A stretch of DNA of 64,000 nucleotides from the human T2T-CHM13v2.0 reference genome, Homo sapiens. The notes below the pieces were generated by a model. That model was given only the letters and a program-made list of their open reading frames with translations. It did no database searches and was not told the origin of the DNA. The stretch lies in assembly GCF_009914755.1 (NCBI RefSeq), contig NC_060933.1, one strand, 5' to 3'. The first letter of the stretch is position 1; every line of letters begins with the position of its first letter. The position numbers and the translations under genes were made by a program. This document shows positions 31,386 through 48,606 of the stretch, in pieces.

Positions 31386-32014
31386 GTAGTTTGAAATAGT
31401 TATTGCAGTGTTTGAAATAGTAAGTTTGTAGTTTGTAGTTTGAAATAGTAAGATTACATTATGAAGAAAGGTTTAAATCCATGATCTGCCTGCAATTTGT
31501 CTGAGGCTTGGTTGAGACAATTGCCTGTACCTATTACACCATAGTTCACTTTCCCATCCTTCCTAGGCGTTAAATTGTGTTCCCTTCAGCCTACGTCATC
31601 CAGGAGAGTTGGGAGACTGGGTGGTAATCATATGTGTGATCAATGCTTCTGAAATTTTGTTTCTTTAGAGAAACCAAAAATATACCACATTTAATAAGAG
31701 AAAGTCAATATATTAATATAGAGGAGAGAAGAGGAAGGAAATTGACATTTGCCAAGAGCTTACTTTGTGCCAAACTGTGTGAGAGTCTACTTTAATATCA
31801 AGGGTTGTTTGTTACATAATGCTTAACCTTTCTATTATAATGCTTGTTTCCTTGTTTGGTATAGGAAAATGTATCTATTTATTATATGTTTATTAAGTGA
31901 AATTAAATTTACTCATCAATTTTATGATATTTAGCTACTTACAACTTTACAGATATTGTTATAACTAACACAACCAATATATGAGACCATTTAGACTATC
32001 TTTCGTTAAGGTAG

Positions 32015-32376
<362 letters not shown>

Positions 32377-32674
32377 CCAAAATATTTTTAAAATACGTTA
32401 TACAACTATATTTTTCTGTGACTGTTTTTCTGAACCCACACTGACCCCTAGCACAATATATTTATCTATTAACTTTTTTTAGTTGTATATATTTAAGGTG
32501 TATCATGTAATTTTGAGACATATATACATAGTGAAATGAATACTACAATCACGCAAATTAACATATTCATCATCTCACATGGTTACCTTTTATGTGTATG
32601 GTTCTATAAACTCTTACTTGAAATTTGTTTAATTATTTCATCACAGGATTCTTGTAGAAAGTTAATGAGTAGGA

Positions 32675-32990
32675 GGCCAGGCGTGGTGGCTCATGTCTGT
32701 AATCCCAGCACATTGGGAGGCCAAGATGGACAGATCACCTGAGGTCAGGAGTTTGAGACCAGTCTGGCCAACATGGCAAAACCCCATCTCTAACCAAAAA
32801 AAAGAAAAAAAACTACAAAAATTAGCCAGGCGTCTTGGTGCGCACCTGTAGTCCCAGCTACTGGGGAAGCTAAGGTGGGAGGATGGCTTGAGCCTGGGAG
32901 ACAGAGGTTACAGTGAGCTTAGATCGCGCCACTGCACTCCAGCCTGGGTGACAAAGTGAGACTCTGTCTCAAAGAAAAAAAGAAATAAAG
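32675..32990 (+). mobile_element. Alu (AluJ/S)
   Basis: TSD agaaagttaatgagtagga. Confidence 0.9.
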
Positions 32991-33058
32991 AAAGTTAATG
33001 AGTAGGAGTATTGCCTTCCTATGGAATTTGTGTGCCAATTAGGTATCATCTAGGGTAG

Positions 33059-33405
<347 letters not shown>

Positions 33406-33852
33406 CATAATGAAATTTTAAACATAGCTTGAAAACAATCACTGCTAAATGCAAACCATTCATCCAGTACCTCAGTATCTTCCACCTCAGACTAATAACA
33501 GCCACATTAGCACATGTCTAAGACAGCAGCAGTCCAAATTCTTTCTGGTTTCTCTTGGGAACCATAAAATTTAATTTTTCATGTAGAAACCCCGTTAACC
33601 TAACTTTGTTACCATTATTTCAAGTAGCTTGCACACTGTGCAAACATGTCCACAAAATAGTGTATATCTATCCTTAAATTACATGCTTTTGCTATTCACA
33701 AAACAATCATACCAATACCAGATATGAAAGCATTTAAAAAATACTTTTTGATGAGTAGATGTTGTTCAACTGGCATCAAAAATAGTGAAATAAGTAAATC
33801 AACATTGGAAGTGACTTTCAAAGGTGAAAAAGAACTTCCATTAAAAAGTTAT

Positions 33853-35546
33853 CTCTCCCTCCCCCTCCCCATCCCCCTTCCCCCTCCCTCTCCCTCTCCC
33901 TCCAGTCTCCCTCTCTTGCCAAGCCTGGACTGTACTGCCATGATCTCAGCTCGCTGCAACCTCCCTGCCTCGAGTTCTGGTGATTCTCCTGCCTCGGCCT
34001 GACATTCCAGGCAGGCGCCGCCACTCCTGACTGGTTTTTGTATTTTTGGTGGAGACGGGGTTTCACCGTGTTGACCGGGCTGGTCTCCAGCTCCTGGCCT
34101 CGGGTGATCTGCCCACCTCGGCCTCCCGAGGTGCTGGGATTGCAGACGGAGTCTCGCTCACTCAATGCTCAATGTTGCCCAGGCTGGAGTGCAGTGGCGT
34201 GATCTCAGCTTGCTACAACCTCCACCTCCCAGCCGCCTGCCTTGGCCTCCCAAAGTGCTAAGATTACAGCCTCTGCCCACCCGCCACCCCGTCTAGGAAG
34301 TGAGCAGCGTCTCTGCCTGGCCGCCCATCGTCTGGGATGTGAGGAGCACCTTTGCCCGGCCGCCCCGTCTGGGAAGTGAGGAGCGCCTCTGCCCGGCCAC
34401 CCCGTCTGGGAGGTGAGGAGCATCTCTGCCCGGCCACCCCGTCTGGGAGGTGAGGAGCGCCTCTGCCCGGCTGCCCAGTCTGGGAAGTGAGGAGCGCCCC
34501 TGCCCACCCGCCCATTGTCTGGGAAGTGAGGAGCACCTCTGCCCAGTCGCCCCGTCTGGGAAGTGAGGAGCGCCTCTGCCCGGCCGCCCCGTCTGGGATG
34601 TGAGGAGCGCCTCTGCCCGGCCGCCCCGTCTGGGATGTGAGGAGCGCCTCTGCCCAGCCGCCACCCCATCTGGGAAGTGGGGAGCGCCTCTGCCCGGCCG
34701 CCCCATCTGGGATGTGAGGAGCGCCTCTGCCTGGCCTCCCCGTCTGGGAGGTGGGGAGCGCCTCTGCCCAGCCGCCCCGTCTGGGAGGTGAGGAGCATCT
34801 CTACCTGGCTGCTCATCATCTGGGATGTGAGGAGCACCTCTGCCCGGCCGCCCCATCTGGGAAGTGAGGAGCGCCTCTGCCCAGCCACCCTTCGTCTGGG
34901 AGGTGAGGAGCGTCTCTGCCTGGCCGCCCATTGTCTGGGATGTGAGGAGCGCCTCTGCCCGGCCGCCCCCTCTGGGAAGTGAGGAGTGCCTCTGCCTGGC
35001 CGCCCCATCTGGGAGGTGTACCCAACAGCTCCGAAGAGACAGCGACCATTGAGAACGGGCCATGATGACGATGGTGGTTTTGTTGAAAAATAAAGGGGGA
35101 AATGTGGGGAAAAGAAAGAGAGATCAGATTGTTACTGTGTCTGTGTAGAAAGAAGTAGACATAGGAGACTCCATTTTGTTCTGTACTAAGAAAAATTCTT
35201 CTGCCTTGGGATGCTGTTAATCTATAACCTTACCCCCAACCCCGTGCTCTCTGAAACATGTGCTGTGTCAACTCAGGGTTAAATGGATTAAGGGTGGTGC
35301 AAGATGTGCTTTGTTAAACAGATGCTTGAAGGCAGCATGCTCCTTAAGAGTCATCACCACTCCCTAATCTCAAGTACCCAGGGACACAAACACTGCGGAA
35401 GGCCGCAGGGTCCTCTGCCTAGGAAAACCAGAGACCTTTGTTCACGTGTTTATCTGCTGACCTTCTCTCCACTATTATCCTATGACCCTGCCACATCCCC
35501 CTCGCCGAGAAACACCCAAGAATGATCAATAAATACTAAAAAAAAA
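33853..35546 (+). mobile_element. SVA retrotransposon (SVA_A-like), full structure
   Basis: CCCTCT-type hexamer head, antisense Alu-like domain, VNTR, SINE-R (HERV-K env/LTR), aataaa and poly-A. TSD aaaaagttat (33843-33852 / 35547-35556) at a TT/AAAA L1-endonuclease site. Confidence 0.95.
34268..35017 (+). repeat. SVA VNTR (about 36-41-bp GC-rich units)
   Basis: Repeated gcctctgcccggccgccccgtctgggaagtgaggagc. Confidence 0.95.
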
Positions 35547-35929
35547 AAAAAGTTATTTCTTCTAATCAATATTTCCAAGAGTTTCAACCTCTAATTTTAA
35601 ATCTCTCAGTTTGATTTCCTCTTTTACTGTCTTTCCTAAGGTGATTAGCATTTGTAATTGCCAGAAGGAATTAAGTCCCCCAAACCGTAACCTGATGAAT
35701 CACAGATAGTCAGGTCAATCACCAGCCTTATTAAATATTCACTTAAAAGTTTAAGTAGTTGTATTTCATCACCTAAAAGTTATAATTCTACAGTACAAAG
35801 GACTTTTTCTTAAATTAACATGAATAACCAGTTATGTGATGATAAATAAACTTTTTAAGTAAGGAATAATCACTCATTGGCCAAGACTCTACTATTGTGA
35901 AATCATTAAATGAAAATGATAAAAGCTTA

Positions 35930-36175
35930 CAGTCATCAAATAATTAACATGTACCAAGCACTGTTCTACCTTTACATGAATCAACTTATTTCATTCTTAT
36001 AAAAATTCTATAGTGAACCTTTATACTACTATTGTAGTTTTATGGACCTAGAAATTGAGATTAAGTAACTTGTTCAAGGTCATATAGTTTGTAAATGGAG
36101 GAGCCAGAATTCCAACCCAGGCCATTTAACTTTGAGCCTGTGGCCTGGGATGGAATTCTGTTCTTAACCACTACA
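35930..36175 (-). mobile_element. MIR
   Basis: ttaagtaacttgttcaaggtcatatag..gagccagaattccaacccagg core. Confidence 0.65.
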
Positions 36176-36636
36176 GTGTAGTGCCTTGGAAATGTCACAT
36201 CCACACTTGTTTTGAAATTGAGTTACTGAGGAATTTACCACCTTGTGTTTGGCACCAAAAATATGCCTGAAATGTTAAGAAAATAGAAAGGTTTGTTTCA
36301 ACAGCAAAATTATGCTGAAATTATCCTTCACTACACCTCCTCCTGCACACCTCTATCTCCTGCCTGAAGCAAGTATCCCGTCTCCATCAGCACTCTTGCT
36401 CACTGAGCCCAGGCTGGGTCTCAGAATCCTTCTCAGCACAACATATAATAGTCAACAGTTGGCATGCAAGAGGAAATCTGCACACTATGTCTAGCAGTAC
36501 ACTAAAATGTGCAGTTTCGTATAGCATATATGAAGGTGTCAGTCTTTTCCCTTTCTTTTTGTAATGTCTCTTAGGGAGACATTGCAAGTTGGGAAGAGTT
36601 ACTTTTACTTCCCTTACTGACAATCCCATTTCACAA

Positions 36637-37707
36637 TGTAATGGTTTAGGTCAAATTCTGTAGAAGTACCGCCTGAGACAGGAAATAGCATGCATGTGGT
36701 TTATTGAGGAAATGCTTTCAGGAGACAGGGAGTAAGGAAAACTGAATAAAGTAGAAGTTGCTAAGCAAGGATATTGTCTCAGAGTGTTACTTCAACCTGG
36801 TCATACTGTAAAAGCAGGAGCACAAATTGCCACAAAGAGTTGGTTTCTACTTGAGACAAACTAGCTGGCCCTTCTACCCCTACTTTGGATGAATCACTGG
36901 CAGTGAGTGCCCTCTTGGGGTGAGGGGTAAGTTTGGCCAGAGCAAATCTCTAAAAGAGGGTGTAGCTTTATGTCTTAGTGAAGCGGTGTCATTGTCTGGA
37001 GTAAATACCTGAGATTTGTCATCTCACACCAAGAAGATTAAGGACATGGACACACACAAGGAGTGACTTTAGGAGTGGAGGTTTAATTGGCAAAGGAAAG
37101 AGAAAGGAGAACAGCTCTCTCTTTTGCGAGAGAGAGGGATACCCCAATGGGAATTCTGGCCCATGGCAGGGCGCACCAGATTTTATAGACAGGCTTGAGG
37201 AGGTGGTGTCTGATTTACGTAGGGCCCACAGATTGGTTAGACCAGGTGTGACATTTACACAGTGCTTGGGGAAGGCTGGCCACTCCACCCTCATCTTATT
37301 ATGCAAATGGGCCTTCCATTTGGCCGGACACCATGTTGTCTGCTCCTTACTGTACACGTGGCTGGCAAAGAGAAGGGAACATGGAGCCACCATTTTGAAC
37401 ATGCCTAGTCCCAGGTAGCCTTTTTCTATTGGCACAACTGCCAGCATTCACCCATGCAAGCTTCCAGCTTGCTTGTCTATGTCTGCTGCTCAATTTTACA
37501 GACTGCTGTTTGTTAGAAAAGAAAATGACTTTGGGGCTGCTTTTCATTAAAAAGAAAACCTTACAGAGGACTTCCTTACCCTCACTATGTGCCTAAATAA
37601 TTTCTTCTTAACTCCTATATCATTAGGGGACAACATTTAGCACCTAGGAATGTGTGTACTGGCCTGGTAAAGAGGATCTGGATGGGCATGAATAGTGCTG
37701 ACTACAG
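36637..37707 (-). mobile_element. Old ERVL LTR (LTR16-like) split by MER51
   Basis: cctgagacagg..gtggtttattgagg..ggtaaagaggatctggatggg motifs. Confidence 0.45.
36979..37622 (-). mobile_element. MER51A-type solo LTR
   Basis: Minus strand tgatataggagttaagaagaaattatttaggc..; perfect TSD ttag. Confidence 0.88.
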
Positions 37708-37962
37708 TGTCCTTTAATATTGTTTGAAATTTTGTCCATGTACACATATAACCTATTTGAAGTAGTAATTATTCTATACACTAGCAACAATCAACCAGAA
37801 AAGCCACGTAAAATATGGCCTTTGAGCTCCTCTGTATCAAGATGTTGGAAGGACAAATAATATGAAGAATCACTAAAGGGACATTTTTATGGGCAAGATC
37901 TGCCGGAGGAGGTGCACATCACTTCTGCTCACATAAGGGTAAATACAAATTATATTATATTA

Positions 37963-38275
37963 TTGTTCCTTGATATCCTTGGGAATTGGTTTCAGGCCTT
38001 GCAGATACCAAAATCCTTAGATGCTTAAATCCCTCATACAAAATGGTGTAGTATTTGCATATAATCTACTAGCATCATCCTGTGTACTTTAAATCATCTC
38101 TGAGTTATTTATAATACCTCATAGAAGATAAATGCTATGTAAATAGTTGTATACTGTATTGTTTTAAAATTTACTTTTTTATTGTTGTATTGTTTTTATT
38201 TATTTATTTTTAAATATTTTTAATCTGAGGTTGATTGACTCTGAGGATGCAGAACCCGCAGATATCAAAGGCTGA

Positions 38276-38277
<2 letters not shown>
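37963..38277 (+). mobile_element. MER2 (Tigger-derived) DNA transposon
   Basis: gataccaaaatcc..tagtatttgcatataa..tactttaaatcatctct..ggatgcagaacccgcagata. Confidence 0.8.

Positions 38278-38345
<68 letters not shown>
38277..38345. repeat. (TA)n microsatellite, about 34 units with 2 interruptions
   Basis: Read directly from the sequence. Confidence 0.95.
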
Positions 38346-38692
<347 letters not shown>

Positions 38693-38812
38693 TTAATTCA
38701 CCTATTCAATGAACTCATTTCTTACTAATCCTTTCTTTAGTGTCATAATATGGTGTTCCTCTTTGCTAACCCCTTTGCCTAGAATACCTCTCACCTTCTG
38801 TGCCACATCTAA

Positions 38813-39237
<425 letters not shown>

Positions 39238-40212
39238 CAGTGACATTTACTTTCTATGCTTCTAATCTTCCATTTACATCACATTTATCTCCAACATTTC
39301 CTATCATCCTGGAAAAGAATGTAAATATTCTGAAACTTGGATCTGAGTCTTATATGCATAGCAGGTTCCTAACAAGTGTTTGCTGATGGTTATGATCATG
39401 AAAATTGTACTATAGACATCTGTTATGCACGCTGACAGTGGAAGTGGGTCTCAATTTGCTGTCAGTCTGCTCTTTAATGGGTCTCCACTGACTGGAGAAT
39501 AAGGTCCAGTCTACATAGCATAGCATCCAAGTTTTGAGCAAAAGTCACCTGTCAGAGGAATTCTTTGTCTTCCAGGAAAGTCTTGCTTTCTGTCTCTTCA
39601 GTGCTCAATCACTGAGTGGGGGCAGCCCATGAGAAGTAAGGCCTTAGAGTGAAAACAATGATGGATTTCAGAGTGCAAGAAGTGGAGCTGTTGGTAATTA
39701 CTCTCCTTGCAGGAGGAAACCTGAGATCTCCACATATGGCATGCATAGATATACAAATATATGTATATGTAGTGCATGATGAATGTGACATTTCAAGTCA
39801 GTGAAGGAAAATATGATGCAATCGATGGTGTTGAGATGATTAGCTATGGGTTTGGATATAAAAATTTTATCTATATTACAACCTAACATCCAAATGTTAA
39901 AAAAAACTGTAGAAAGAAAATATAAAATGATATTTTGGGGGCTTTACAAGCAAATTACTAAACCCCAAATCCATTAACCATTAGATTTTATAAAAATTTC
40001 AAGCTTTGGTATGATAAAAAATATATATAATGATAGATAAAAGACAAGTATTAGACTATTAAACACACACACACACACACACACATCATGCATTCAAAAA
40101 CTAACCTCCAAAAAATTGGGCTTGAAGAAAAATTCAGATTCAAATTTATGAAATATCCTTCTTGCCACTAAGTAGAAAAATGTAATTTAAAATAATAAAA
40201 TATCACTTTTAG

Positions 40213-40538
<326 letters not shown>

Positions 40539-41825
40539 TAAAAATTGCTAACACCCAGTATTGATGAAAGATAGAGAAAAAAAGCACTCAGATACACTGT
40601 TAGAAGGGTAAACTGGTGCAGGTTTTTGAGAGGGAAACTGGATTGGAAATTGCAGGGGGAAGTGGTAATCAAAATTTGAAGTGCCCATGTGCCTTGACTC
40701 AGAAATTCCAAATCTAGAAATCTGTCCAACAGAAAACTTCACAGAGGTACAGAGGTATATGAACAAGGATGTTTAGTGTGAGTACTGCTTATAGAGCAAA
40801 ACACTGGAAACAAGTTAAAATTTGCTTTTAGAGAAATATTAAAGGAACCACAGAGGATATCAATGGTTGTGGTTATACACAATGTATCTCCTATATAGTA
40901 AATGGTTGTAGTTACATATGGGGTATTGCATGTTATGAAATATTATGGATCCATTAAAAAGCAAAGAACACTATGGTTTTAAATGGGCTAATATGGAAAG
41001 ATCTCGAAGCTATATTACTAAGGTAAAAGTCAACATGAGGAACAATGTTATAATGATTCCTTTTGTTTTAAAACTTTAAGAAACTTTTTAAAACAAAAGA
41101 AAAATCCATATAAATAACATATGTTAATAAATGTATAAACAGGCCTGGAATAATAAGTAAATAAGCAGAGGTCTGAAAAAAATCACGTTATCTTTAAAAT
41201 TTTTATGTTTTTCTAAACTGTAAAAAAGTTTCCTAGCTATGAATGTTTATTTCTTTTATTATTTAAAAAATATCAACAAGTGGTATCTGGACAATGAGAT
41301 TATGAGTTTCTCTTTATTTTTCTCTGACATTGAAAAAAATTAAATATTATTTTTAAATAGCATTTTAAAAAAAGGAAAATGTTACAATAAAAAAACAGAT
41401 TCTTACAGAGTCCTAAAGGTCCCCATGGTTTATTGCTATATGAAAAGAGAACATTGCACAGAAGTTATATTGTATGATCCTTTTATCAATCAAACAAAGC
41501 AAAAACACATGCATAGCAATTGCATAATATATTTGCATAAATATATAGTTATATATGTGCACCCACATACCAAACTTTTACTAGTGATTTGTGGAGCAGG
41601 ACATGAGATTAAGGGGATAGATAAAGAAGGACTTCCAATCCATGAATTCTCTCCTTCTGTGTTATAGTTTTTAATAGTTTCTCATTTATTTTGCAGATTC
41701 ACTAGACTGTATCTAGAGCTTTCTTTCAGAGAACCTGGACTTTATTCAGTTTTCAAAATGATCAGCTGCTGTTTCTTCAGTATCACTTTTCCATCATTCC
41801 CTTTATTCTCTTCTGGAACTCACAG

Positions 41826-41874
41826 ACAGATGAGAGATAGATAGGTAGATAGATAGATAGATAGATAATAGATA
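41826..41874. repeat. (GATA)n tetranucleotide repeat
   Basis: Read directly from the sequence. Confidence 0.85.
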
Positions 41875-42114
41875 TTTTAAAAACAGCTTTATTGAGGTAT
41901 AATTCACATAATGTACACGTTATTCACTATTAAATATATTTTGAAATGTCTCAAATTACTCTCTGTGTTTCTTAACTGCTTTTTTATATTTTTAAAAGAA
42001 TCTTTTTTTTTGTGGATGCTGTCAACGAATTCATCAGTATTTATCATTTTTTTGAGATTTTATTTCACTGTAGTTTTCAATTCCAGTAGTTTTGTTTATT
42101 TCATTTTCTCTCTC

Positions 42115-42625
<511 letters not shown>

Positions 42626-42672
42626 TGACTGGCCAGGATATCTCACCAACAGAAGCAGTCAATTCCTAGGAT

Positions 42673-42828
42673 TTTTTTTTTTAAAACAGTGTTTTGCTTT
42701 GTTACCCAGACTGGTGTGCAGTGGCATAATCCTGGCTCCCTGCAGCCTTGAAATCCTGACTCAAGCTATCCTCCTGCCTCAGCCTACCAGAGTGTTGGGA
42801 TTACAGGAATGAGCGATCACACCTGGCC
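42673..42828 (-). mobile_element. Alu monomer (FRAM/FLAM-like)
   Basis: Single arm of about 155 bp. Confidence 0.7.
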
Positions 42829-44402
42829 CCAATCCCTAGTTTATCCCCTTTCTCCTAATATTGTCTCAGAAACAGCAGCCAATCCCAAACTGACCCCCCC
42901 TTCCCTTAGACCTCCTCAGGATTTTCCATGTAACTACAACCTTACAAAAGATGCTGCCTTCTCCCTCTTGTTGAGTGAAGTTCCAGGTTCCTCTGGGGTC
43001 CTCTCCCTCACTGAAGTGAATGAATAATCTGACCATAGCCTTTAGCTGATTAGGCTTTAGCAACCATACCTTCCATACCACAGTTTTGTTTTTCTTAGAT
43101 TATGGGCATCCTAATGCAGAGGCTACCACTTTCTTACATTTCCTGTATATCCTGAGCATAATTACTTTGGGACAGCAGTGATACTCCTAGGGCCTAGTAG
43201 GGGGATTAACAGTTTTATCTTTTGCAGGCCCATCCCTGGTTATCTGCCCCTCTGTTTAGTGCTCCTTTTCTCAACTTACTTTATTGTGGGAATCTGCCTT
43301 CTACTCCCACTAGGGAGTAAGATCCAAGAAGCTAGGACTGAGGTCTCATTCATCTTTATACACTAGACATTATGCAATCCTTAGCACAAAGGGTAGAGTG
43401 ATTCATCCTATTTTTATGGAGATGGGCCCTACTCTGTGCCAGGAATTGTGTTGGAGCTAGGGATTTAATTACGGGCAAGATTCAGTCTGTGCCCTCAGTG
43501 AGCTTGCAGTCTAATGGAGATTACCAACAACCAAACTGGCAGTTAACAATACATTTTAAGAGCTGATGGGTTTAGTACAGAATGGGGTGGAACACAGTGG
43601 AGGAGATCACATAAAAATTTGCAGGCTCAAAAGGACATGCATGACTTAGAGTCTGCCCTGAGTGCCATTTCCCTGGTAAGTGCATTTTTGGACCGTCACC
43701 TACACCACCTCATTCTATAATCCCCTTCCCCACCTCCCATCCCCACCCTGATCCCTACCAGCATTTTCCTCTGTTGTTGTACTCACTGCAGTGCATTGTA
43801 ATGCTGTCCCTACTATACTTTTAAATGTAGGGCCAAAGGGAATTGCTTGGTGGGAGCCTGCACATTTTAAACAATAATGCAGATTTCCTGAATGATAAAA
43901 TGCAAGTAAATCTGTATGGAATTGAAGCTTTATGCCATTCCTTCAACACAGAAACTGTTCCTAGCCATTCCACAAGCCCAAGGCTATTCTGCAGTCTTAG
44001 CCAGAACCCTGATCACTTCCTGGCACTTTCTCTAACCACCTATGGGGATGGAAGTGCTTTTAAACTGGATTATGGTGATGGTTGCACAATAGAATACATG
44101 TACTAAAAATCATTGAATTATACAGTTAAAATGGATGAACTGCATGGTACCCAAATTACATCTCAATAAAGCTATTAGAAGTTAAAAAGAAGAGAGGATT
44201 ATAAATTGCTCTGGGGGGTCAACCTAGAGTGTCTGCCACTGAAACTCTTTAGTTTTTTCTTTCACAACTGGAATCATATTGTACGTATTCTATGCAAATT
44301 GCTATTTTCATTTAATATGTACTAGAAGAGATATTTCTGTATAACACATATATTTCATCAATTTTTAACATACAATTTTTCACATCTTAACGTGAAAACC
44401 TC

Positions 44403-44825
44403 TGATATGGTTTGGATCTGTGTCCCCACCCAAATCTCAAATCTCATGTTCAGTTGTAATCCCCAGTGTTGGATGTGGGGCCTGGTAGGAGGTGATTGGA
44501 TCATGGATGCAGTTTCTCATGAATGGTTTAGCACCACCCCTCGATGCTATTCTGGTGATAGTGAGTGTGTGAGTTATCGTGAGATTTGGTTGTTCAACAG
44601 TGTGTAGCACCTCCACCCTCTTCTTCTTCCTCCTGCTCCAGCCATGTAAAATGCTGGCTCCCTCTTTGCCTTGTACCATGATTGTAAGTTTCCTGAGGCA
44701 GATGCCGCCATGCTTCCAGTACAGCCTGTGGAATCATGAGTCAATTAAACCTCTTTTCTTCATAAAGTACCCATTTTCAGGTATTTTGGTATTTCTTTAC
44801 AGTAATGTGAGAATGAATTAATACA
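44403..44825 (+). mobile_element. MST solo LTR (MSTA/B-like)
   Basis: tgatatggtttggatctgtgtccccacccaaatctc..ttaataca; TSD acctc / atctc. Confidence 0.85.
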
Positions 44826-45049
44826 ATCTCTTATCACAGACTTTATATGTGCATCAAAACCTGAGAATGGGTGTCAGTTTGCTAGAAAATCCAACAGAAA
44901 CTGAAAAAGAGGAACATTTTTTAAACAAATGCTGTATCACCAATACTTTGGATGGCACACGGGACAACTTCATGGGGAAAAAGCACATCATTGATGACTC
45001 TGACTCAAAAGGGATTCAGAAGAGTCAGACTTGCTGACCTAATGTGAAG

Positions 45050-45362
<313 letters not shown>

Positions 45363-45637
45363 TAAAAATACCTTAACTCATTTATTTCCTTTATATTTTC
45401 CATTTTGTGAGTGCAAAAGAAAGTGATATGTGACTTATAAATCTAGGTTAAATAAGTCTAAAAGATCTCTTTCATTAAATATAAATATATATTCTACATA
45501 ATAAAGTATTGTGCCACAGTTCAATTGGCAGCATTTTTTTTTCTTATTGGTATACAAAATAATGTTGGGTCTTACAATTGATGTCACATTAGAGTCAATG
45601 AAATACAGTATTATACAGTGTGTTTATTACTTTTTAA

Positions 45638-45769
<132 letters not shown>

Positions 45770-46395
45770 TGACTTTTAAACACCATTTATCAAAATTAAT
45801 GTTCTAGTGAACTCCCTCATACATGCCTCTTTGTGTACATCTGTGTCTCTAGAATATATATATGTATATAGGTGTGGAATTTCTAAATTGAAAGGATTGC
45901 ACATTTAAAATCTAACTACTGTCCTTCAAAAAGATTATATCAATATAAATGTGCACTAGTAATGTATCAGGGTATCCATTAAGTGACACAAAGCATGTTT
46001 TTTATTAATAAATTTTTCCTAATCTGATCCTGAAAAATGTTATCTCATTTGTTTTAAATTGCTTCTCATGTATTTTTGTCTATTATCTCAGGCAGAAGAC
46101 AATTCTTACAGTTAATTTCCCATTATTTTGCATTTGCATAAGATATTCATTAAGATTATAAACACTTTTCATTTCTGCTTTTAATACTGGTATGATTTCT
46201 TAATGTTAAGCTCCATCTGGAATTTATTTTTGCCTTAATGTAAGGTAAGTATTTGATTTCTTTTCCCAATGAATAAATAGTTGTTTCAATATCATTTATG
46301 GGCTTGTACATCCTTGCCCATGTGCTTAGAAGTATCTGTTTATATTTGAACTCTATTCTGTTTCTTTGCTAAAAATTTCCATTTCTCTGGAGTAA

Positions 46396-47120
<725 letters not shown>

Positions 47121-47509
47121 TAACACAATTCACTAACTGGACAAAAAAAAAAAACAGTCAATAAATTGGACTTCATAAAAATTTTAAAATTTCGTTTATT
47201 AAATGACACTTTAAAGAAGTGAAACAGCAACCTACAGACTGGAAAAGATGAAGAACAGGTAAACAGAATATCTAAAGAACTCTTACAAATCAATAATAAA
47301 AAGACAAACAACCCAAGTGTTTAAATGGGCAAAATGAACAGATATTTCACACACAAAATAGATATCTGCTAAATGTATGAAAAGTTGCTCAACAAATTAA
47401 AATCATAATGAGAGACTAACACATATTCATCAAAATTGCTAAAATTTAGAAGACTGGTAATTCTAAGTATTGGTGAGGATGTGGGGTAATGGGAAAGAGT
47501 GTAAAATAA

Positions 47510-47839
<330 letters not shown>

Positions 47840-47913
47840 ACTGTTTGGTAGTTTCTTAAAAAGTGAAACATGTACTTACCTCATGATGGAGGAATTCTAC
47901 TCCTAGGCATATC

Positions 47914-48057
47914 CAGGGGTGTCCCATCTTTTGGTTTCCCTGGGCCACATTGGAAGAAGAAGAATTGTCTTGGGCCATATATAAAATACAATAACAATAG
48001 CTGATGAGCTAAAAAAACAAAAAAGCAAAAAAACCCTCCTGTTTTAAGAAAGTTTAC
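47914..48057 (+). mobile_element. MER30 (hAT-Charlie) fragment
   Basis: caggggtgtcccatcttttggtttccctgggccacattggaagaagaagaattgtcttgggcc. Confidence 0.8.
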
Positions 48058-48606
48058 TGTATTTCCAAAAAAGACTTGTGCAGGAATGTTTATAATAGCT
48101 TTATTCATAATAGCCCACACTGGAAATAACCCAAGTGTCTATTGACAGAAGAACAGATAAATAAATTGAGGTGTATTCACACAGTAGAATACTATATGGC
48201 AATATAAAGAAATGAACAGCTCATACACGGAATGAAAGAGTACGCACTGCATGATTCCTTATAAGAAGGTCAAGAACAGACAAAACCAAGCTATGGTGAT
48301 AGAAATCAGAATAGTGGTGTGTCTCGTGGGGTCTGGGGGGAAGATGACAGGAAGGAGACATACAGGAATTTCCCGAAGTTAAGGAAATTTCTTTACCTTG
48401 ATCTGGATGATGGTTGCACAAGTGTATATATTTGTCAAAATTCATCAAGCTTTACACTTAAATGTATTCATTTTTAATACATAAATTACACCTCACCAAA
48501 GTACTGTTAGTATAAAGAGGTGGAGAAAGGTGATGGTAGGCATTTGTGTGATTTCTGAAGGGGAGTACAAGGCATGTTAATTGGCTCTAAAAGTTGATGG
48601 CATTCA

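Noticed and set aside
33470-33600. Possible minus-strand exon (ttag/...gag/gtactg)
   Set aside because: No polypyrimidine tract, a stop in the frame I translated, and no supporting neighbouring exons.
34205-35063. Longest ORFs in the window (267 aa and 256 aa), and the regular repeat array as a possible CRISPR or repeat protein
   Set aside because: These are read-throughs of the GC-rich SVA VNTR. The units are tandem with no unique spacers, and there are no cas genes.
37398-37407. GAACATGCCT p53 half-site in MER51
   Set aside because: Only one half-site; the adjacent decamers lack the CWWG core.
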